Assembly: GCF_004010195.1 (NCBI RefSeq)
Contig: NC_057727.1
Coordinates: 11,140,704 to 11,204,703, forward strand
Length of the DNA: 64,000 nucleotides
Direction of reading: 5' to 3'
From: Chiloscyllium plagiosum
Taxonomy: Eukaryota
The position numbers and the translations under genes are program-made. Positions 37,153 through 49,664 of the stretch are shown piece after piece. Every line of letters begins with the position of its first letter. The first letter of the stretch is position 1. Under the pieces are notes generated by a model. That model had not been told where the DNA came from. It did not search any database and saw nothing but the letters and a program-made list of their open reading frames with translations.

Positions 37153-38099
37153 CTAAAAAGCAGTTTTAAAAAGTTGTTATGGTCATGACCATACCATGTC
37201 TCCAGCACACTACCATTGCGTGGCATAATGCAAGTTTAAGAATAGAGTTCACTCAGGCTATGTTAGAATTGGAAAAAGAAAATCCTCTCTGAAACTAGTG
37301 GGCATGTGAACTTGTACAGAAGGAAGTTAAATTGTGGCCAACTGGAGCAGTTGAAAAGATTGAAACTTGTTAAAAATGGAATTATGATTTAAGATATTGA
37401 ACAATGTTTGATTTTCCCTTTTTACTGCAGGTAGAGGATGGAAATTATATTCCAGTGGAGGATCATCACATATTTGAATGAGCGTTTATGTTGAGATTCA
37501 TTAAATGCAAATTCTGGTTGGAAAGGTTTGATAAGCTGAATAGCCTATCCTTGTTCTATACCTCCTCATATAGCTTTGTGCCTGCAATTTTACAAACATC
37601 TATGGGACAGAGTGAACTGAAACCATTATCCTTGGAGAACAGAAAGGAAATTACATTGAGTGTCAAGTATTTCAGATACTTATCCACAGGTAGCTACAAA
37701 TAGAAGCAAAATACTACAAATTCTGGACATCTGTTAGCAAAAATTTGAAATCAGAATACAACTGCAATGCTCCTTTTTTTTTAACCCAAGGAATAATAGA
37801 TTGGTATTTAGTTAAGTATTTTGAGGTTACTGTTTAACTAGTTTATTTATTTAACTGGTTCATGTTTCTCATGTTAACTAAGCAGTTAAGCAAAACAAAC
37901 AAGGCTAAATAAGTGGAAGTCAACATAGCAGAATGGCTGGGCCATCCCTATACACATGCAGCCTATATATCCAATTGCTCCAATGTTATTTAAAGGCATG
38001 TAGTATTATCAGCGTGCACGTGAAAGAGAAAAAAAACCCTTAAGGCGCACTGAAATTTGCTTTTCTATTTAAAAAGATTAAGACAGATGCTCCACATCA

Positions 38100-38812
38100 A
38101 TACACTTTCTTACCCTATTCCTACATGCTGGTGTCCAAAACTCTTATCAGTCATGTCTTGAATATACTCAGTGACTGAGCATTTACAGCCATCTGTACTA
38201 GATAACTCCAATGATTCATGAACCTCGAGTGCATTTCTCCTTGTCTCAATCTAAAGTGGCCAGCTTATTATCCCAAGGCTATTAAGGGGGAAACAACAAT
38301 TCAGTATCTGCTCTGTCAAGCCCTAAGAATGAGAACTTTGTGGACAGCATGTTTCACTAAGGTTCACCATACTTATTCCTGGGATGGCAGGATTGATGTA
38401 TGAGGAAAGACTGGATTGATTGGGCTTGTAATCACTGGAGTTTAGAAAAATGAAGAGGGACCTCAGAAACACATAAAATTCTGATGGCACTGGACAGGTT
38501 TGATGCTGGAAGAATGTTCCTGATGTTAGGGAAGACCGGAACTAGGCATCAGAGTCGAAGAAGAAATAGTACGCCATGCAGGACTGAGATGCGAAGAATT
38601 TCTTCACTCAGTTGAGAACCTGTGGAATGATGTTGGGGCCAGTTCATTAGATATATTCAAGAGGGAGCTGGGCATGGCTTTTGTGGCTAAAGGATCAAGG
38701 GGTATGGAGAGAAAATGGGAGTGGGATACTGAGATTGCATGATCAGCCATGATCATATTGAACGGTGGTGCAGGCTAGAAGGAGCCTACTACTGCACCTA
38801 TGTTTCTATGAC
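38100..38812. mobile_element. Two CR1 fragments in opposite orientation (~38100-38330 -, ~38355-38812 +)
   Basis: Recognisable CR1 3' end gatcagccatgatcatattgaacggtggtgcaggct. Confidence 0.7.
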
Positions 38813-39469
38813 TACCCTGTGGCTACAGAGTTCAGAAGATTCGTTTAGGAATGTGGACCCCAAAGACTGGTACTCAGTGCTGAATGTCAGTGTAGGTGAC
38901 AATGTCTTCAGAAAGTACAGTTAGAATATTATCCACAATACAGAGAAATTTGGCTGCAGGGAGGGCAAGAAAGTGTCGAATGCATTATCAAGTCTTAAAA
39001 ACTATCAACTGCTCAAACAGCACCAACTCATTTTTCGATTCAGCACTTCAAAATTTCCATGACTCAACACTGGGTTCAACTCTTTCAGATACAACTCTTG
39101 TTTGGACCAGAGCTGCTGGTGGAAATGAGTCACTTTTCCCATTTAAACCTCATCTTGTTTCATCTTTTACTTTTCTTGTCTCAGTTTCATTTCATCTGAT
39201 TAGTCCTATCATTCCCTTATTCATTTATATCTCCTGTTTTTCACTTACTTTCTCTCTCTCATCCTTTCCTCCCTCCCCCCCCCCCTCCCCCCCCCAGTAC
39301 TTCATTTTATTATAAACAGCGATCGGATTTAGCACCAGTTCTATAGATGGTACTGCATTGCAGTCAGCCTGCTGTAGAACTGTTGGATATTGATCTGTGC
39401 TAAACTGTAGCTGGTGGATTAATCTCTGTAGTCAATTTGCTGTGACAATGAAAAAGAGAATTTATGTAC

Positions 39470-39621
39470 CTGAGATAAGCACAAATAGCAGGTCATCTGC
39501 AGTAAGTCCTTCCACTAAATGATGAATACTGTTGGCTGCCTTTAAAGAATTCTCATCAGGGAGGTTATGTTTGGCTCCTTCCATTGCTTGTATTTTTGTC
39601 TGAGGTTTCAAAAGCATGTCC
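39470..39621 (-). CDS. GLYCTK: GLYCTK coding exon 2
   Basis: Hand-translated (E)[50 protein letters not shown](G), vs human EMLLKPHSRVQVFEGAEDNLPD...[15 protein letters not shown]. Acceptor ccacAG, donor GTacat; 152 nt. Confidence 0.95.
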
Positions 39622-42056
39622 CTGTGGAATTACCCAGAGTGAAGTAATTAAACAGTGCGTGACAACATGGAATATGTCGATGAACTGCACTACTTCATAG
39701 ACGTTTGCAAAGCATAATGCAATAAAAATTTCTTCCTTTCCTGGAGGTTTTGATTTCTCTTGAATACAATTCATTGACCACAAGTACTTTGTCTAGGTAC
39801 ACATTTTGAATAGTGTGTGAATAATGCACAACTTTCATAGTGCTTATTAAACCATGGAGGGTATCACGACTATGATTAAGTTCACTTAATCTTAATTTCA
39901 AGGGCAATCAGGGTCAGGCAATAAATGCTGGCCAGCCAGCGAAATCCAATTCCCATGAGTGAATAAAAAAAATCCAAACATATTTACTTCAACAACAGTT
40001 CCACTCAACACCAAAGGCAACTTGATGCGATCCTAGTTAATATATGTCGGATTGAACCCACGTACACCGAGACTGATTGATTGTACTATCTCTATCAGTG
40101 GTATTGTTGAGATAATCAAACCCATTCCTGGAATTCCCTCCCTAATGGCATTGTGGATGCACCAGCAGCATGCAGACTGCAATGGTTCAAAAAGGTAGCT
40201 TGTCATCACCTTCTCATGGGCAATGGAATGGTCGCCATCTAGCGATGCCCATACCATACAAGGGAATAAAAACAAAATGAAAGGTCTGCAAATTGAGGTA
40301 TTCACTTAGCTACTGGGGAAACCTCATGCTGTTATTCTTAATTATGTTAAATATCTCAAGTGGACGAATGTGCAGGGATTTGAGAAGGATGGGAGGGTAT
40401 AGCAGTACATGAATTTTTTCCTTATGATAGCTAGCATGAATGAGGGGTTGAATGCCTTTTTCTGTGTTCTAACAATTCTAAGGTCTGTTTTATGCTGTGC
40501 ACAGTGGGAGACCAATCCTGTAAATTTTGCACCTGCATCGCTACAAGACTTTAACTGCACAAACAATTCTCGTGTAGTGTTTTTATTCATTCTTGGAAAT
40601 TTGAGCATTGCTGGTCAGGTCAACACATTGCCCATCCCCGATTTCCTCAAGAAGGTGGTGGTGGTGAACAATGTTCTTGTGACCTTGTTCCATGTTAATT
40701 AATGTACACAAAATGGTGTACAAAAAGATTGGAACAGAACACTGCACAGGAAAGAATTTTGGCCACCCACAACAACACATTATAATGGGAATGCTGTTGG
40801 TGATGTGCCAAACTGAATAATGTGCTTGAATTTTGAGGCACCTAACAGTCAATTACATTAAAAACATGTCCCAATGGAATCATCAAGGATGAAGCAGTTA
40901 TGCAGTATGGTTGATGTGAATTACATTGACCAACTCCACCCTTTCTATTCATTTACATTTCCAAATGTATAATTTGAAATGCAATTCAATTTTTGAATTG
41001 CTTCTCATCAACTAATTTCCTGGGTCCAGACTGGATAAGGATGGCTGATTTCCTCCGTAAAGGATGTCAATGAACCAGATGGGTTTTTATGACAATCAGG
41101 TTGTCTTACAGTACCCATTACAGCTTTTTATTGCAGATCATAATGTAAATAATTTAGTTTAAATTCTCCAGCAGCTATGATGGACTTGAACTCATTTCTC
41201 CAGATCAATAGCCCAGGTTTCCAGAGTGCTAGTTCAGTAACACAACTGTCATACTAATATGCTAGAAATGAATATGTTAATGTTTGCAGTTTCCAACATT
41301 TTACTGCAGATTTAAACGACAACAAAGTGTTGGTATTAAGAGATTTCACTTTGCATTATTATTTTAGTTACAGCATAAATTGGAGCTTAAATTTGGAGTG
41401 AAGGCAGGCTACATCGAATGTCTAGAGCCTTGACTTTCAATTTATCTGTGCAATGATGGTTTATTTGTAGCGCCTTTATTCATTGATTGCACTGGAATCA
41501 GGTATAGGATAAGACACAAAAGTAAGTTGGAGGGGTAGTGCAGAAGTAGATTAGACCACAAGGGGAAATATCCTCTTAGCATCTACCCTATCAAATCCTC
41601 AGAATCTTAGAAGTTTCAATAAGATCCAATTCCTGTCTTGAAGATGGTAACCAGTTGTAGTAAGGTTCAATGCTTATTGGGCATCCTCAGTACCATGTCA
41701 AAGTCTCAGTTTTTTTATAATTGGAGTGTGGACAGTGAGTGTTGAAAACCAGTTCAGTTTTCACAGGAATACTGAGACAAACTAGCTCCAAATTTTCTCC
41801 CCTCGCTGAGGTTACTTAAATCAGCAAGACCAGAAATTGAATCTGCAAAGATAGTGAGCAGAAAAACTATTTTATACTGGACAAAATTTACCGACTAAGT
41901 TATTTAAGCAATCACAAAATTAACAGATACTGTGCCTTCTGGCTTGATGTCAATGGGACGGATAGGGTGGTCATTAGGGAAGGATCAAGGGGAGCACTAC
42001 TAGTGAATAGAAAAGAAATAATCCACATGGTGATTTTATTTTTTTTTGTTTCTTAC

Positions 42057-42448
42057 TCTTTTCCTGTCTCACTAAGAATCTTTTGGATGCCAAGTGGAAC
42101 ACTGATCACGCCTTGCAGCAGATGGTCTCCCAAGATCTCTTCCATAGCAGCCGCCATTCCCAACACTGCCTTCCCAAATCCAACAAGGTAGACATTTTTA
42201 TGGACAGGGAAGCACTGATTTTGTATCATCAATCTGTCTCCTTCTATGTTAATGTTCTTCTTGATCATGTTTTGAGGCAAAACAGCATTGATTGCTGCCT
42301 GAAAGATCTGCAGACCGTGCTGTCGAAGGGACATTTCTTTGTTAATTACAGAGGCACTGTGAAGATGAAGCTTCTTTGGCTTCCAGGTCTTGTAAATGTG
42401 TTGATGGTTGAAATGAAGCCAGAAGTATCTTCCAAATGCAGTGATCAT
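42057..42448 (-). CDS. GLYCTK: GLYCTK coding exon 1 (ATG 42448; second in-frame ATG 42334)
   Basis: MSLRQHGLQIFQAAINAVLP...NVYLVGFGKAVLGMAAAMEEILGDHLLQGVISVPLGI...GK. Donor GTaaga at 42056, phase 2. Spliced CDS is 1635 nt = 544 aa. Confidence 0.93.
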
Positions 42449-43149
42449 CTTAATCACTGATATTAATCACTGAGATTGCTCTAAGTGATATCATCCTGCC
42501 AGAGAACAAATGGGAACCAGTAAGAAGTTATTCCGTTCTGCAGTGTAATAAGTCCATTTGCAGCATCACAACTTAAACCTGTAGAGTAAATTCCACAAGA
42601 GATGGTTAGATCGTAATTCTTCACAAGCTGTTTGTTTACCTTCTAATTTCCATATTCTCATCCCAGTGAATTTCAAAAACTTATATTTCCAAATATCATT
42701 TTTATTTCTTGTAATGTTACAAAAGGTGTTGGAAATTAGAAATGGGTGTGATTGACAACTAAGACTATATTTGTACTTTAACTATTTATACCATGTAAAT
42801 TACTGACTTGTACCTTCAATTCTCACAGCTGTTATTTCAGAGTTCTTGGATAAGAATTCATTCAGTGTTCATTAAGGTGACAAAGAAATAATAATTAAAT
42901 AATTGCAAGTGCAATAAATCACATAAAGTTAAAAATGTTCCCTTTCACAGCGGACTCATCGTCAGGTTGAGCTACTCCACAATGGTGTCAACATCTTTGC
43001 AAGTTAAAGTATGATCATAAATTCAGGAGAAATGTTATCATAAAACATATTGTTCTAATTTTGCAAAATACTTCAACGTAATTTACATGTGAGCTTGAAG
43101 AAGTTAAATGATCTTAGCAATGTAAAGCAAGGTATCAAAGACTTAAGTC

Positions 43150-43640
43150 CCTTGTGGCATAGTGTTGCTGATGTTACAAACAGGAGGCTTGGGTTCAAGT
43201 CCCATTTGCTTCAGATGTGTGTTATAGCATTTCTTAATAGATTGATAGAGAAAATATCTGATGAAGAGTCTTTAACAGGGAGATTTTGTGGCACAGTCCC
43301 TCCCTCTGAAGGCCTCGGTTTAAGTCTTGCATGCTTCAGAGGTGTGTTGTAACATGTTAATTTGAAAATATCTAATTCAAAGAATTACAAAGAACAAGCC
43401 ATTAGGAATTTATGTCCTTTCTCTTAAATTACCCCAATCTGCATATTCTTTTGCTGCTTTATTCCTCATCCAGTTTTTCCAAAATACCTGTATTTCCTAT
43501 GATACGAAAGAAGTCTTATGGCACAGTGGATAGTGTCTCTGTCTCTGACCCACTGAGGTTGAGTTTCACAACACAACAATGTTTTGAAGGCCGAAAGGTG
43601 AATAGGTAATGCATCTAAACAGGTTGAGTATCAACCTGCA
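43150..43640 (+). mobile_element. Cluster of short tRNA-head SINE-like monomers
   Basis: Units starting (c)ttgtggcatagtg / ttgtggcacagt / ttatggcacagtgg, with ggttcaagtc-like B box and gaaaatatct or aacaggttga tails. Confidence 0.45.
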
Positions 43641-44559
43641 AATCCTTCCAATGGCAGATAATGTTTCAAGTCATGCAATGTGAAGAACACCAGAGCCGCC
43701 TTCATTGCTATGTAGAATGCTGACTATGACATAGACATATAAATGCAAGTTACTGCAATATTTGAACTCTCTTCTTGAATTCTAACACCACCATCACATT
43801 GTAGTACTCTTAGTTAAAGGAAGTCTCCAGATTGTTGCAATGGAAGACAAAGGTTTACATGATTTATCACAAATGACAATTTAGAATAGGAATATATACA
43901 GCTTTAGAAGAGAAATGTCTTGGAAAATTAGCAAGTAAATATAGCTTAGATAAAAAAGACTGAAGAAGCAGCAAACCGGGAAAACCGTTGACTCCGTAGC
44001 CAAGCATCTAATTTGTATTTCCTTCAAGTTAGAGTGAGCAACAGGCATATGAAAATTAAGCTGAATTATTTGGAAAATTAAAACAAATTTATTTATAATA
44101 ACACTTAGAATATTGCTACTTAATTTGCAAAGCTGTTGAAATTATTCACTTTTCTTAAACACACTTCTATGAACATTCAAAGAACAGTTATAATCTTGTT
44201 AACATTGTAATAAGTATGCATTTTTATAAATATGCATTTTCATAATCTTGTATCATCCAAAACTATCTTACAGTAGATCAAGTCCTTTTCAATTGTAGTC
44301 ATTGTTGTAATGGAGGAAATAGTGCAAGTTGTTGTTAACATTCTCTTATATGGCACTGCAGGGATATGAAGAGAGAGGCTGTAATTGATTAAAATCTGAA
44401 CATTTTAAAAAATTTCTTGAATACGTAACCTCTATCCTGTTAAACTAATTTATCAGTGAAACATATGTACAGTAACAACCAAAGGTGATTACACTTACTG
44501 AATTAAGACAATGTAGATCAGTAACTGTACACCATACTCTGTGAGCCTACTGCTCATTA

Positions 44560-46160
44560 TTCACCGAGCATCATAATCAAAGATCTGGACTGCCTCCAAT
44601 GCCAGTATATCTTTCTTTTGATAATGGACCCAAGATTGTTCACAGTATTTCAACTCTAGTCCAACTCGTGCCTGGTATAGTTTTAACAAGGCTTCCCTAT
44701 TTCTTATCCTCCATTTCCTTTGAAATAAAGCGCAACATTCCATTTGCCTTCCCAATTACCTCTGTATACTAGCTTTTCGTGATTTATGCACAAGGACTAA
44801 GCTGGTCAGGGCATTTTAGAAGATGTTCAGTAGTCACAAAGCAAATACATGCATTTAAATAAAATTTAAATAGATAAATTTGTAACAAACAACCACAGCA
44901 CCAATCAAAAAGATTTATTTGAAGGTCTTACACTGAAGTATGTAGCTGTGAATCCCCAAGATAACATAGATTAGGATAATGAAAGGCTCAAAGTGTCAAA
45001 GGCAGCAGAGATTTCAAGTAACAGCAATACATGAGTAATCTCTTTATTTTACTATTGTTGTTCCACTGAAAAGAAATTGTTTCACTTCTATATTGTTCGG
45101 CCATAAAAATCTGACTAACACTGTTGTGTCAAGTTTCAGGATCCTTGAGATTCGGTAGGTATGTAGTTTTAAATATATGTAATAGGAATAAATACAATAA
45201 TTGTCACAAGAAAAAATGTTAGGGAAACTAATGGAACTAGAACTGATAAGTTCTCTGGACTGAGTGGAATGTAGAGGGATCAGTGCTAGGGTCACAATTA
45301 TTTACATTATATATTAATGACTTTGAAGCAAGTTTGAGGATGACACAAAAACAAATGGTATATAATATGGGAAAGTGTGAAATTGTACACTTTGGCCAGA
45401 ATACAGGAACTAAATATTATTAAAGTAGAGAAGCAGAGAGCGATTTGGGAGTCCTTGTGCATAAATTACTAAAAGCTAGTATACATGCAGGTAATAGGGA
45501 TGGCAAATTGAATGTTGGGCTTTATTTTGAAGGAAAAGAGGTATAACAAAATAGGGAAGCCTTGTTAAAACTACATAAGGCACTTGTCAGACCAGACTTG
45601 AAATACTGTGAGCAAATTTGAGCCTACTATCGAAAGAAATGTATAATGGCATTGTAGGCATTCCAGAGAAGGTTGGCGAGGTTGATCCTGCATTTGGAGG
45701 GGCAATCTTAGGAGGAGAGGTTGAGTAGGTTAGGCCTGTACTCTTTGGAATTTAGGAAAATGAAATGCAATCTTAAATAAAACATAGAAGATTCTTAGGG
45801 ATCTTGACAGGGTAGATATGGAAAGGTTGTTCTCCTTGTGGGAGAATCTAGGACCAGAAAGCATAATTTCAGAATGAGGATTGCACTTTTAGAACAGATG
45901 GAAAGAAATTTATTCTCACAGAAGATAGTGAATTTATGTAATTTTTCTTATCACAGGGAGGTGTAGAGGGGGCTAGATCATTAAGTACATTTCAAAGTTG
46001 AGATAAACAGATTTTTAAATAAATAAGGAATCAGGGTTATGGAGGAAAAGGCAGGAAAGTCGAGTTTGAGCATTACCGGATCAGCCATGATGCCACTGAA
46101 TGGTAGAGCAGACTCAATGGTCTGAATGGCTTGCTTCTGCCCTTACGTGTTATGGTCTTA
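44560..46160. mobile_element. CR1 LINE fragments (44560-44800 -, 45190-46160 +)
   Basis: NREALLKLY.A.V...L.YCEQ.W motif on both strands; CR1 tail at ~46080-46160. Confidence 0.8.
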
Positions 46161-47149
46161 CATGGACCTTCTGGTTCCTTTTAGTGGGTAAATGGACTAT
46201 GTGACACGATACTCAGATCCACAGATTGCTCACATCCTTGTGTCCATTACAAGCTGGACTTAATTAATTGATCTCAATGTCAAAGGATAGCTGTTGAACT
46301 GAAAAAGAGAGGAGATTTTGATTCTGATTGTATTCCAACTGCTGGTTAGTATTAATATATTTTCATGAAAGGGCTGTTGGGGTAGAGTGCGAAATTCCGT
46401 ATCTGTGAATCAGGAAACCTGGATTCCCTGTCAAAGGTGTCTCATAACATGTCCAAACAGGGGGTTGTCCTAAAGTAATTGTTGAATGTCTATGAATTTG
46501 GCCTCAGACTTGGTTCTCCTGTTCTGCCCTGTTAAACTATTGGCCAATACTCATTGTCTTGGATTTTATGCAAAGACAATGCACAAAAATAAAGGGAAAG
46601 GTCACTCAGCCCCTCAGACCTAACTATTCAGTTTCCTATATCTTAATTCTGTCTATTCTCCTCACTTCATAAACTCTTACCCAATAGAAACCACATTTTC
46701 GCATCCCCATTTACTGACAGGCACTGGAGGGTTAATAAAAACATCTGACACCTAGTCAGAGGGGCAGGTGAAGGACAAGAAAATCGTCTGGGGTTAAAAA
46801 TTTGAAAGGGAAGAACCGAAATCCCATTGGCTACCTTACTTCACTCCTTCCCTTTAGTTTTTTTTTGTTAAAAAAATCCACAATTTAAAAATCGCCACAA
46901 AATCAATTTGCTCAAAAAGTAAATTCAGAGTTGCTTCTAACAATGTAATTTATTATTTAACACTATAGGTCATTGCAGACTCAGAAAGGGACTGTAGGTA
47001 CAAAATAACAGGACACAGAAATAGCCAACGAAAATAAGCGATAATCTGTTGCCAAATCAAATGTTAATTATTAACAGAGTACTGGTCAACACTGGAATGT
47101 TAAACTTTTTCGAAAAAAAATCCTGATCCAAACTTATTCCAGACTTATT

Positions 47150-47480
47150 CCACACATCTAGAACTGCGAACTGGGCGTTTAAAAGCTGCCAGCTCTTGTT
47201 AGTAAAGGGACTTTGGAAATTTAGCACCTGGGTGTCAGTGAAGGTTTGAGTCTTCGCTTTGAGCTTCGCCTTGCGCCTCAGTGTGGAAACTCTTATCCCT
47301 TTCATGTTTCTGCCACAACACGGCCAATGTGCAACTGAGACGGAGGTCGATCTGCAGGAGCAACCGGCCCTTGGCTTATGCTCTTACCTATGGTCCAGCG
47401 ATGGCTGGCCGTTATCAGCGAAACTGAACCACCATTTCCACTGCGCGGAGCAAAGAGGCTATCGGCTCATATGTGGAATT
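47150..47480 (-). promoter_or_regulatory. Small CpG-enriched patch; candidate GLYCTK promoter or non-coding 5' exon with donor at 47388/47387
   Basis: Non-repeat cluster of CpGs; minus strand ...ggaccatag|GTAAGA is a strong donor. Confidence 0.4.
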
Positions 47481-47788
47481 ATAAGGATTGGACAGATACA
47501 TCCACCCCCCAATCCCACCAACTATCTGTCATCTTCCCAGCTCCACCTCCTCCTCGCAGGCTGTAGTAGCTCCTCCTCTTCCCACCAACTCTACTTCCCT
47601 CACAGGGGTTTTCAAAGCTAAATTATTTAATTATTAAATGGTATAGAGAAGATGGTTCATGGTTGGGGAGGAGAAGAGGGTGGGCGTGAGACCAAAACAG
47701 TTTATGAATATGCAGTACATAAAACATACAACAATGCAGTGCAGGCTTAATGAATATACAGAACATAGAACAATGAAGCACAGGAACA

Positions 47789-48288
47789 NNNNNNNNNNNN
47801 NNNNNNNNNNNNNNNNNNNNNNNNNNNNNNNNNNNNNNNNNNNNNNNNNNNNNNNNNNNNNNNNNNNNNNNNNNNNNNNNNNNNNNNNNNNNNNNNNNNN
47901 NNNNNNNNNNNNNNNNNNNNNNNNNNNNNNNNNNNNNNNNNNNNNNNNNNNNNNNNNNNNNNNNNNNNNNNNNNNNNNNNNNNNNNNNNNNNNNNNNNNN
48001 NNNNNNNNNNNNNNNNNNNNNNNNNNNNNNNNNNNNNNNNNNNNNNNNNNNNNNNNNNNNNNNNNNNNNNNNNNNNNNNNNNNNNNNNNNNNNNNNNNNN
48101 NNNNNNNNNNNNNNNNNNNNNNNNNNNNNNNNNNNNNNNNNNNNNNNNNNNNNNNNNNNNNNNNNNNNNNNNNNNNNNNNNNNNNNNNNNNNNNNNNNNN
48201 NNNNNNNNNNNNNNNNNNNNNNNNNNNNNNNNNNNNNNNNNNNNNNNNNNNNNNNNNNNNNNNNNNNNNNNNNNNNNNNNNNNNNNNN
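47789..48288. other. Assembly gap (N run), flanked by CR1-like sequence
   Basis: Run of N. Confidence 1.
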
Positions 48289-48799
48289 GGAGATTTTAAA
48301 AAATTGACAAAGGTGTGGAGAGGTGATGAGAAAATATTTTTCATGCAGAGCATTGACAGAATCTGGAATCCTCTACTTGAAAAGTGATGCAAGCTGATTC
48401 TAACAATAAGGTTAAAAGGGATTTCGTCAAATAGTTGAGAATGTGGAACTAGCAGGAAAGACAAGAAGCAGGAGCAGGGTCGGGAGCAAAAGCCAGAATA
48501 GGCATAATGGACTGAATGGCCTCCTGTTGTGCTGTAAATTTTAACGATTCCACGAAGGGCTAGATGCAATAAACTAGAAATGGTGGAAATACTCAATAAG
48601 GCAGACAGAATACCAGAGAGAAAGAAAGTTAAAGTTTAAAGTGAACCTTTTGTTTTCATTTGGGAAAGTGAGAGATGGAGCAGGTTTTCAGCAATCACAA
48701 AGGCAGGACAATTTGCAGGAGATGGTGGCACACTGCTAATGGCACTAGACTAACAATCCATCCGCCCAGGCTAATGCTAGGATTGTAGACGCTGGACTG

Positions 48800-49180
48800 T
48801 CAGATTTGAGAAGTGTGGTGCTGGAAAAGCACAGCCAGACAGGAAGCATCCAAGGAACAGGAGAATTGACATTTCGGGCATAAGCCCTTCATCAGGAATG
48901 TGGAGGGGGGAGGGGCTGAGAGATAAATAGAGGGGCTGGGGTAAAGGCAGGTGGGAATTCCCATTCTAAATGATGACTTTACAATCCAGGTTTGTTCAAT
49001 ATATCATTTCAGTCGCATGATACTGTAATCTTTTGCTTTCAGTTCTGTGTCTTATGATCTTATGCTCCTGATGAAGGAGCAGCGCTACAAAAGCTAGTGC
49101 TTCCAAATAAATCCGTTAGCCTATATCCTGATTTTATGATTTTTAACTTTGTTCACCCCAGTCCAACACTCCACTCCACA
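48800..49180. mobile_element. Adjacent PLE family-1 (-, ~48800-48955) and family-2 (+, ~48958-49180) 3' fragments, both with hammerhead-like cores
   Basis: Minus strand 48868-48895: CTGATGA A GGGC TTAT GCCC GAAA TGTC. Plus strand 49068-49096: CTGATGA A GGAGC AGC GCTAC AAAA GCTA. Confidence 0.7.
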
Positions 49181-49664
49181 TCATTAATAACAAAAGAAAT
49201 TGAGATACAGGTAAAAGGAGTGACAATTGGTTTGATATTACCAAAAAAAGCAAAATATGTATTTCGAAAAGCTCTAAATGGGAAAATGCAGAATCATCAC
49301 TTATGAATGCCATTTAAGATAATGGAGTTGAGGTTATAATTTGAAATTGATTAACTAAATGCTGAAGGTTGTAAAGTAACCTGTTGAGAAAGATATGAAA
49401 CTGTTCCTCAGTCTTATGTTTGAACTTCAGAGAAAAATCATGGCATTCCCCAAAGAACTGTGAAGTGTAAACTCTGGAAAACTGAGGTCAGTATTGAAGT
49501 GGAGAATTAAAATAAACAAGCACATCAGAACTTGCACGTTGCTTAAAAAAAGACATGTTGCTGAAGCTTTTTATCTTGTGCACTCATCAGGATAAATGGA
49601 AGAATGCCAAATTTCAAGTGGTCTTCATACTACAGAAGAAGGATTGGTTTGGCAAGCTCATTCT

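Noticed and set aside
42449-42457. GTG start at 42457 used by the ORF track for GLYCTK
   Set aside because: Bacterial-style start; the first in-frame ATG is at 42448.
47634-48596. Long ORFs of 242-320 aa (also 8540-9109, 8547-9011, 52671-53597, 52678-53457)
   Set aside because: Their length comes from N runs translated as X.
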